From an uncultured delta proteobacterium (lineage in GTDB: Bacteria; Desulfobacterota; Binatia; Binatales; Binataceae), in assembly GCA_963842085.1 (NCBI GenBank), contig CAWJET010000001.1, forward strand, positions 2,880,001 to 2,944,000: a stretch of DNA of 64,000 nt. The letters run 5' to 3'. The notes below the pieces were generated by a model. It was not told the DNA's origin and did not search any database. It saw only the letters and a list, made by a program, of their open reading frames with translations. Below, in pieces: positions 57,214 through 64,000 of this stretch (positions are counted from its first letter, which is position 1; every line of letters starts with the position of its first letter). Position numbers and translations under genes: made by a program.

Positions 57214-59429
57214 CAATAGCGATTGCCGTTTTGCTGGCCGAGACGCGAGACGCGCATGACGCCGTCGATCGCGCCGATCGAGTTCATCAGGTTGTTCAAT
57301 TGGCGGGCGCTGGTCACGCTGACCTCGAAGACCGCGAGCGCACGCCCGTCGGCGCCGTGAGTCTTCACTTCGGCGGTCGATATATTCACGCCCGCCGAGG
57401 CGATCGCCTTGGTCATCGCGGCGAGTAGGCCCGGCTGATCGGCGCATAGCACTTCGAGCCGAATCGGCCGCGGCGCTTCCTCGCCGTCCTTCCACACCAC
57501 CGGCACGCGCCGCTGCGGATCGGTGTTGAGCGCATGCGGGCATCCAGCGACGTGCACCGTAACGCCGCGTCCGCGCGTGATGAAGCCGGTGATCGCCTCG
57601 CCCGGGAGCGGATTGCAGCATCGCGCGAATCGCACCAGCATGTCGCCGACGCCCGAGACCACCACCGCGCCGCTGGCGGACTTGCGCGCTTCCTTGGCGG
57701 CGCGTTCTCGCTGCGCCGGTCCCAGGGGAGTGGGCGGTTTCTCGGGACGATAGAGTTTCAGCTCGTCGGGGGTGAGAAGTTTCCCGAGCAACTGCGCAGG
57801 CGTGATTATTCCATAGCCGACTGCGGCCAGCAGGCCGTCGACGTCGCGCTGCGAGAACTCCCCCAGGACGCCGTCGAGCCGCTTGTTCGATCGAAGCTGC
57901 GTGACGCTGAGCTTGACCGGTTCGAGCTCGCGATCGATGAGCGATATTCCGAGGTCGCGCGAGCGTTCCGCCTGTTGATTGCGCAGCCATTGCCGGATGC
58001 GCGATTTCGCGCGCGCAGTGGCCGCGTAGTTCGTCCAGTCCTTGCCCGGCACCTGCTTTTCGGATGTCAGCACCTCGACCGTATCGCCCGAGCGCAGCCG
58101 GTAGCGCAGCGGCACCATCCGCCCGTTGACGCGCGCGCCCGCCAGATGGTTGCCGACCTGCGAATGGATCCGGTACGCGAAGTCGATCACCGTCGAGCCG
58201 AGCGGAAAATCGAACACGTCGCCCTTGGGCGTGAAGACGAAAACTTCCTCGGGAAACAGGTCGTCCTTGACCGTGGACAGAAATTCCTGCGGGTCCTTGA
58301 GATTCTGCTGCCATTCGATCAGCCGCCGCAGCCATGCAAACCGTCCCGTGTCCTTGAGCTCCTTGGGGTTGCCGTCCTTGTAACTCCAGTGCGCCGCGAT
58401 TCCTTCCTCGGCCACCTTGTGCATCTCGCGCGTGCGAATCTGCACTTCCATCCGCTGGCCGCGCGGGCCGATCACGGTGGTGTGCAGCGACTGGTACATG
58501 TTGGCCTTGGGCAGCGCGATGTAATCCTTGAAGCGGCCGGGAACCGGCTTCCAGTTGGCGTGCACTACCCCAAGCGCCTCGTAACATTCGCGCACCGTGT
58601 CCACGATGATGCGGAACGCGACCAGGTCATAGATCTCCTCGAAGCTCAGCCCCAGCTCCTGCATCTTGGAGTGAATCGAATAGAAATGTTTGGGCCGGCC
58701 CGTGACCTCGGCCGTCACCCCGCCGTCGGACAGGCGGCGCGAGAGAATCTCGATGACGTTGGCGATGTACTCTTCGCGCTCTTTGCGCTTGGCCGCGACA
58801 AACGCCTTGAGCGTCTGGTACGCGGTCGGATTCAGGTAGCGAAACGACAGGTCCTCGAGCTCCGACTTGAGCCAGTAGATTCCGAGGCGATGCGCGATCG
58901 GCGCGTAAATCTCCATCGTCTCGCGCGCGATTTCCTGCTGCCGCTCGGCGGCGAGATGATCGAGCGTGCGCATGTTGTGCAGCCGGTCGGCGAGCTTGAT
59001 CAGCACGACCCGGATGTCGTTCGCCATCGCGATGATCATCTTGCGGAAATTCTCGGCCTGCTTTTCCTCGCGGCTCTGGAACGTGATCTTCGAGACCTTG
59101 GTCACGCCGTCAACCAGTTGCGCGACCTCGGGACCGAATGCCATCTGCACCTCCGCCAGCGACGCCTGCGTATCCTCGACGACGTCATGCAGCAGGCCCG
59201 TGACGATCGACGGCACGTCGAGCTTGAGCTGCGCGATGATCATCGCGACGTTGAGCGGATGGGTGACGTAGGGCTCGCCCGATTCGCGCTTCTGATGGAG
59301 ATGCATCCGCGCCGAGTAATCGTACGCGCGCCGGATAAGGCCAATGTCGGCCTGCGGGTTATAGGTTTGCACCCGCCCGACCAGGCCGGCCAGTTGGTCG
59401 GGAGTACTGCTTTGCGCTAGCTCTTCCAC
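57213..59429 (-). CDS. spoT: Bifunctional (p)ppGpp synthetase/hydrolase Rel/SpoT
   Basis: Intact HD hydrolase (LLHDVVED), ADRLHNMRTL, GRPKH.YSI, KDYIA.PK.N.YQSLHT, TGS, CC and ACT domains. Confidence 0.95.
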   Translation of the reverse strand: MEELAQSSTPDQLAGLVGRVQTYNPQADIGLIRRAYDYSARMHLHQKRESGEPYVTHPLNVAMIIAQLKLDVPSIVTGLLHDVVEDTQASLAEVQMAFGPEVAQLVDGVTKVSKITFQSREEKQAENFRKMIIAMANDIRVVLIKLADRLHNMRTLDHLAAERQQEIARETMEIYAPIAHRLGIYWLKSELEDLSFRYLNPTAYQTLKAFVAAKRKEREEYIANVIEILSRRLSDGGVTAEVTGRPKHFYSIHSKMQELGLSFEEIYDLVAFRIIVDTVRECYEALGVVHANWKPVPGRFKDYIALPKANMYQSLHTTVIGPRGQRMEVQIRTREMHKVAEEGIAAHWSYKDGNPKELKDTGRFAWLRRLIEWQQNLKDPQEFLSTVKDDLFPEEVFVFTPKGDVFDFPLGSTVIDFAYRIHSQVGNHLAGARVNGRMVPLRYRLRSGDTVEVLTSEKQVPGKDWTNYAATARAKSRIRQWLRNQQAERSRDLGISLIDRELEPVKLSVTQLRSNKRLDGVLGEFSQRDVDGLLAAVGYGIITPAQLLGKLLTPDELKLYRPEKPPTPLGPAQRERAAKEARKSASGAVVVSGVGDMLVRFARCCNPLPGEAITGFITRGRGVTVHVAGCPHALNTDPQRRVPVVWKDGEEAPRPIRLEVLCADQPGLLAAMTKAIASAGVNISTAEVKTHGADGRALAVFEVSVTSARQLNNLMNSIGAIDGVMRVSRLGQQNGNRY

Positions 59430-60061
59430 GGCGCGAATTCGCCGCGCAGGCGGCCGACCCTCAGCCGCTCCGCGTTTACGATCGTTTCGAGCCGCGCGAC
59501 CGATTTGGAAATCTCGGCGTTGACTATCAGGTAGTCGTATTCGGGATAGGCCCGGGCTTCGACGCGGGCCTGGTCAAGACGGTGCTGGATCTTCGATTCT
59601 TCCTCGGTGGCGCGCCCGCGCAGACGCCCTTCGAGTTCGGCGAGCGTGGGGGGCAGCACAAATATGCCGACCGCGTCGCGCGGATAGTTTGCCCGAATCT
59701 GCCGTGCGCCCTGAATGTCGATATCGAGCAGGATGTCGCGCCCCGCTCCGATCGCGGCGTCGAGCGGTGCCCGCGGCGTGCCGTACGAGGACTCGAACAC
59801 ACGCGCCCATTCGGCAAGTTCGCCGGATGATTGCCTGCGTTTGAACTCTTCTTCGCTCACGAACCTGTAGTCGACTCCGTCCGCCTCGCCTTCTCGCGGC
59901 GCGCGCGTGGTCAACGACACCGAAAACTCCAGCCCCGCGATCGCGTTGAGCGCCGCGCGATAAATCGTGGTCTTGCCCGCGCCCGAAGGCGCCGAGAGGA
60001 TGAAGATTATACCGCGCCTCGGCGGCAAAGAATCATCTGATTGCAAGGGTATCGAAGCCAT
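59417..60061 (-). CDS. gmk: Guanylate kinase
   Basis: SAPSGAGKTT, TTR.PR.GE..G.DY.F, YGT, DID.QGA. Confidence 0.96.
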   Translation of the reverse strand: MASIPLQSDDSLPPRRGIIFILSAPSGAGKTTIYRAALNAIAGLEFSVSLTTRAPREGEADGVDYRFVSEEEFKRRQSSGELAEWARVFESSYGTPRAPLDAAIGAGRDILLDIDIQGARQIRANYPRDAVGIFVLPPTLAELEGRLRGRATEEESKIQHRLDQARVEARAYPEYDYLIVNAEISKSVARLETIVNAERLRVGRLRGEFAPWKS

Positions 60062-60092
60062 TAGCCGGGTGCAAAGGCCCTTCTACTATACC

Positions 60093-60968
60093 TTATTCGA
60101 CGTTCTGGACCTGCTCGCGCATCTTTTCCGCCTCCGCCTTAACTTCAACCGTTACTTGAGATAACGCCGCGTTCTGCGACTTCGACCCCATCGTATTTAC
60201 TTCGCGGTTGATTTCCTGCAGCAGAAATTCAATCGATTTCCCCACCTGCCCCTTGCGCTTGAGCAGCGTCTTGAGGCCGTCGAGATGCGTCCGCAGACGC
60301 GTGATTTCTTCACTGATATCGCCGTGCTGCGACGCCGCCGACGCCTCCTCGTAGAGGCGCTTCTCGTTGACCGGCAAGTCTTCCAGGAGTTCGCGGATGC
60401 GCTTGTGAAAATTTTCCATGATTTCCGCGCGCGTCTGCTCGGCCAGCCGTTCTATCTTCGGTACCGCCGCTTCGATCTTGCGAACCCGCGCCGCGAAATC
60501 GTTGTGCAGGCTGCGGCCTTCGCGCACGCGCTCGGCCTCCAGCGCTTTCAACGCGCCAACCAGCGCCTTGTGGCCGAGGGCGAACGCCGCTCGCGAGTCG
60601 TGTTCTTCCTCGACGACGTGAAAGATTTCAGGCCGATTCAAGATCGATCCAATTTCCGGATCGCCCCCCAGACGAAGCTGCTTGCCCAGGCGGCGCAGTT
60701 CGGCAACGTACAAATTCGCCAGCCGGTCGTTCACCTCGAGCCGCACCGGCGGAGGCTTCAGCGCGACCGACTTGATAAAAATTTCGACTCGCCCGCGCGC
60801 CACGACGTTCTGCACCGTCTTGCGAATCTCCGCCTCATGCTCGCCCCATCCGCGCGGCACTGCCAGCTTCAGTTCGAAAAATCGCTGGTTGAGTGCGCGC
60901 ACTTCGGCAATCACGCGAGTGCCGTCATGCTCGGCGATCGCCCGGCCGAACCCGGTCATGCTTTTCAT
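60093..60968 (-). CDS. yicC: YicC/YloC family endoribonuclease
   Basis: MKSMTGFGR, RG.VE, DI.EEI.RL..H, QE.NRE.NT.GSK, EK.REQVQN.E. Confidence 0.94.
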   Translation of the reverse strand: MKSMTGFGRAIAEHDGTRVIAEVRALNQRFFELKLAVPRGWGEHEAEIRKTVQNVVARGRVEIFIKSVALKPPPVRLEVNDRLANLYVAELRRLGKQLRLGGDPEIGSILNRPEIFHVVEEEHDSRAAFALGHKALVGALKALEAERVREGRSLHNDFAARVRKIEAAVPKIERLAEQTRAEIMENFHKRIRELLEDLPVNEKRLYEEASAASQHGDISEEITRLRTHLDGLKTLLKRKGQVGKSIEFLLQEINREVNTMGSKSQNAALSQVTVEVKAEAEKMREQVQNVE

Positions 60969-62176
60969 GTAACCTCGCCTTTCTCTCCCCGCGTTTTTCT
61001 CACACACGCGCGATAGAGCGCGAGCGTCCGCGCCGTCATCTTCTGCATCGAGTAATTATCCACGACGCGCGCCCGCGCCGCCGCGCCCATCTGTGATCTG
61101 AACTGCGCCGATTCCGTCATCCTGCCAATCGCCGACGCAATTTCTTGAGGGCGCGCCGGCGGCACGATGATTCCGGTGCGCTCGTTTAGCACCACTTCAC
61201 GCAGCCCGCCAACGTCGCTCGCGATCACGGGAAGCGCGCTCGCCATGGCTTCCAGGGCGGCCACCCCGAGTCCCTCCTTCAGCGACGGCATCGCGAAGAC
61301 GTCGGACGCCCACAGCAGTTCGCACGCGTCGTCGATTCTGCCGAGCAGCGTGACGCGTTCGGCGCACCCAGCTTTCGCGATTTCGCGTTCGAGCTCTCCG
61401 CGAATCGATCCGTGGCCGGCAATGAAACATTTCAGCTTGATCGACGACCCCGTTGCCGCAAGCTGCGCAATCGCTTCGATGAGATAACGGTGGCCCTTGC
61501 GCGGCTCGAGCGCGCCAACGGCCGATATCACGAACTCGCCAGACGAAATTCCGAGCGCTATCCGCGCATGGACGCGTTCCTCCGCCGTTGGCGGGCGGTA
61601 GCGGTTGCAGTCCACGCCGCTTTGAACCACGGTAACGCGCCCGCGATCTACGCCCGCGGCCGCAAGCGAATCGGCAACGCCGCCCGAGATCGCGATCACA
61701 CCGTCGACCACGCGATTGAACAGGTACGGCGCGAACACGCGATTGGGCCGGTAGTCCATCCGCCGCGTGACGACCAGCGCGCTGCCGAAGCCGCGCGCAA
61801 ACGGCGCCATCGAATGCGCGCGCGAGGTGTGGAAATGAACGACGTCGTAGCGTTCACGTTTTAGAATCGCGCGCAGGCGGATGCCGGCTGCCAGATCGAC
61901 CGCGTTGCGGATGCGGATCGGATGACACCTGATTCCCGCGGCGTTCGCTTGCTCCCAGAGCCGCCCCGCGGGATCGCAAATCAGCTCCGCGCGATGACCG
62001 CCTGAGGCCAGCGCCCGCGTCAATCCCAACACCTGCGTCTCGCCCCCGGCGAAGCCGAGCTCGGGATCGACGCCCACCACGCTCAGCTTCAGGGCGTCAA
62101 CCGTGTTTCTATCGGTAGGCACTTGGATGGTGTCGTCGTGTTGAACTACCTGCGTCATATTACAGTTTGATCGCAT
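60965..62176 (-). CDS. Glycosyltransferase family 4
   Basis: GGE.QV, VH.H, GVD, KGH..LIEA, EGLG...LEAMA..LPV.AS.VGG..E; start 62176 or 62158. Confidence 0.9.
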   Translation of the reverse strand: MRSNCNMTQVVQHDDTIQVPTDRNTVDALKLSVVGVDPELGFAGGETQVLGLTRALASGGHRAELICDPAGRLWEQANAAGIRCHPIRIRNAVDLAAGIRLRAILKRERYDVVHFHTSRAHSMAPFARGFGSALVVTRRMDYRPNRVFAPYLFNRVVDGVIAISGGVADSLAAAGVDRGRVTVVQSGVDCNRYRPPTAEERVHARIALGISSGEFVISAVGALEPRKGHRYLIEAIAQLAATGSSIKLKCFIAGHGSIRGELEREIAKAGCAERVTLLGRIDDACELLWASDVFAMPSLKEGLGVAALEAMASALPVIASDVGGLREVVLNERTGIIVPPARPQEIASAIGRMTESAQFRSQMGAAARARVVDNYSMQKMTARTLALYRACVRKTRGEKGEVT

Positions 62177-62868
62177 CAATCGAAAAATCTGTAATACAAG
62201 ATTGCGCACACCGCGGTCAGCGCGTCGCGAATGCCGATCTTCTTGCCCTCTTCGTAAGTTCGCCCCGAGTACGACACCGGCACTTCGTAGATTCGCCATC
62301 GCGCGCGCGCCGCCTTGGCGGTGATCTCGGGCTCGAAGGTGAAGCGGTTGGCGCTGAGCTTGAGCGTCATCAACTTCTCGCGCACGAAACCCTTCATCCC
62401 CGTTTCCATGTCGGTTAGGTTGAGATCGCTCACCATGTCGGACAGCAGCGTCACCGCGCGATTGGCCACGTAATGCCAGAAGAACATCACGCGATGCGGT
62501 CCGGAGAGAAAGCGCGAGCCGTAAACCATGTCGGCGCGCCCGTCGAGCAGCGGCCCGATCATCGCGGAATAGTCCCGCGGATCGTATTCGAGGTCGGCGT
62601 CCTGCACGAACACGTAAGGATTTTTCGCCGCCGCAAAGCCGAGCCGCAGCGCGGCGCCTTTGCCGCGATTGACGGCGTGAAAAAAACATTGCACGCGTGG
62701 ATGGCTGAACTCGCGCAGAAACCTGGTGGTGCCGTCCGTCGAAGCGTCGTCGACCACGATGATCTCGGGGTCCAGGCCGCAATCCAGCACTCGCTCGATG
62801 ACCCGCCCGATCGTCCCGACTTCGTTGTATACCGGAATCACCACGGAAATTTTCGTCCGCTCCGCCAT
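62176..62868 (-). CDS. GT2, polyprenol-phosphate glycosyltransferase (DPM synthase-like)
   Basis: VIPVYNE, VDDASTDGT, NRGKGAA, QDADLEYDP, GSRF, TDMETG, FEPEIT, GR...EGKKI. Confidence 0.92.
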   Translation of the reverse strand: MAERTKISVVIPVYNEVGTIGRVIERVLDCGLDPEIIVVDDASTDGTTRFLREFSHPRVQCFFHAVNRGKGAALRLGFAAAKNPYVFVQDADLEYDPRDYSAMIGPLLDGRADMVYGSRFLSGPHRVMFFWHYVANRAVTLLSDMVSDLNLTDMETGMKGFVREKLMTLKLSANRFTFEPEITAKAARARWRIYEVPVSYSGRTYEEGKKIGIRDALTAVCAILYYRFFD

Positions 62869-63737
62869 CAGCCTCCGCTCGCCTCCCGATGCTGCCCGAG
62901 CGACGACGCGGCGCCGGCCGCCTTTGCGGCGTCCTTGCGTGCGAGCGCCATTCTGGCCGCCAGCATCGCGGCGACGCGGCGGCGTTCAGCCCGCCGGCCT
63001 TGCGCGGACAACTGCGCGGAGTAGCCGCACCACACGCGCATCCGATCCGTATTCGTGACGCCGCCGACCTCGAGATGCCCCAGTTGAACGAGATTGCGCA
63101 TCCGCGGCCGCTCGAAGCGGCTAAGGATGGTGCGGCGGGTGCGTTCATGATCGATGAAAACGAATTGGGGCGGCTCCAGTCCGGTGACGAAGATATTGTA
63201 CGGCGTCAGGTCGCCGTGGATGTAGCCCGCGCGATGCAGGCGCGCGACCTCGGCGCCGAGCGCGCGCAACACGGCGCGCCTGGCTGCGAGCTTCGCCCGC
63301 TTCAGATGGCGCACAACGTTAAAACCCTCGACCCGCGCGGTCACTATGATCTCGCGGCCGCCGCGACGTTCGGCGCCGAGCAGCAGAATCTCCGCTACTC
63401 CCAGTCCGTCGGCCCGCAAATGCTCCGAGATTGACGCTACATGCGCGGCGCGCCTGCGCTTGAATATCCACCGGATTCGATTCAGCCCGCGGATCGGGTC
63501 GAGCACCTTGAAGTAGGCGTCCGGACCCCCGGCATCTGCGAAATGCTCGAACCACGTCTCGGCGTGACGCGAACGCCGTACGCGAGTCGCCAACGTGCCG
63601 TCGATTGCGCCAAACGCGGAATCGATCAGCTTCTCGCGCTGCTCCTCTGAAAATCGCGCGTCGTAGCCCGGGATGAAGAAGCTCCATCCGCCGCGCGTCA
63701 ACGGCACTCCGTCCAGGCCCGCCGTCCACCAGCTCAT
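62868..63737 (-). CDS. LPS kinase (InaA/WaaP-like)
   Basis: YFK, LH..G.IHGDL...NI, FIDHE; directly downstream of a GT9 gene. Confidence 0.8.
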   Translation of the reverse strand: MSWWTAGLDGVPLTRGGWSFFIPGYDARFSEEQREKLIDSAFGAIDGTLATRVRRSRHAETWFEHFADAGGPDAYFKVLDPIRGLNRIRWIFKRRRAAHVASISEHLRADGLGVAEILLLGAERRGGREIIVTARVEGFNVVRHLKRAKLAARRAVLRALGAEVARLHRAGYIHGDLTPYNIFVTGLEPPQFVFIDHERTRRTILSRFERPRMRNLVQLGHLEVGGVTNTDRMRVWCGYSAQLSAQGRRAERRRVAAMLAARMALARKDAAKAAGAASSLGQHREASGG

Positions 63738-64000
63738 CGCGGCGCCTCACGCATCGCGAGCGCCCGCCTCACGGTCACGCTCACTTCCTCGGGTGATATT
63801 CGCCGCATGCATTCGCGCCCGATCGGGCATTGACGAAGATAGCAGGGATGGCACGGGATCGCGCCGCTGATTGCGAGCTCGGCGAAGCCCCACGGCGCGG
63901 AGCGCTCTGCCGCGGTGGCGCCCCACAGCGACACCACCGGGCATCCCACGGCGGCCGCGATATGCATCGGGCCGGAGTCCGGTCCGAACGCGACCGCGCA
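63734..64000 (-). CDS. GT9 LPS heptosyltransferase, C-terminal part
   Basis: PDSGPMHIAAAVG.PVV.LWG.T, CHPCY...CP....CM..I.PEEV; 5' part lies outside the window. Confidence 0.9.
   Translation of the reverse strand, partial: CAVAFGPDSGPMHIAAAVGCPVVSLWGATAAERSAPWGFAELAISGAIPCHPCYLRQCPIGRECMRRISPEEVSVTVRRALAMREAPR

Noticed and set aside
57534-59420. 628-aa plus-strand ORF
   Set aside because: Antisense shadow of spoT; stop-poor reverse frames are expected at high GC and it has no motifs

Overview
GC-rich bacterial chromosomal window from a diderm. Gene content and order look deltaproteobacteria-like, possibly Binatia; that assignment is inference only. It is densely coding, with about 63 CDS and no rRNA, intact tRNA, CRISPR array or transposase seen. 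Left arm (1-33 kb): signalling and metabolic genes (CYTH protein, BON protein, a class III cyclase-ATPase-TPR gene broken by an internal inversion, GST, sulfatase, Nudix enzymes, thiI, two CaiB/BaiF CoA-transferases, hydantoinase/oxoprolinase A+B, maf-yggS-proC-yggT-DUF167, SLT) and a stand-alone gspD secretin. Right arm (33-64 kb): an outer-membrane/LPS super-operon (lolC/E-lolD-bamA-skp-fabZ-lpxA-lpxI-gnnA-like ... lpxB-msbA-waaA-lpxK-ycaR-GT87-kdkA), a mazEF module, and on the opposite strand LPS-core genes plus yicC-gmk-spoT-ridA. The best candidate for an undescribed system is a ~5.4 kb Cys/His-rich metal (probably copper) cassette inside the lpx operon (DUF2318 protein, three SCO lipoproteins, a CACGC-motif beta-barrel, TlpA, a PCYCGC-type protein). 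It contains a putative CutF/CruR-like arrest-peptide leader whose polyproline codons are complementary to the Shine-Dalgarno of the downstream beta-barrel gene. Other oddities are a probable ATA start for lpxA, a mazF with no canonical start in frame with mazE, two gene remnants each missing 18 nt, and a repeated palindromic element.
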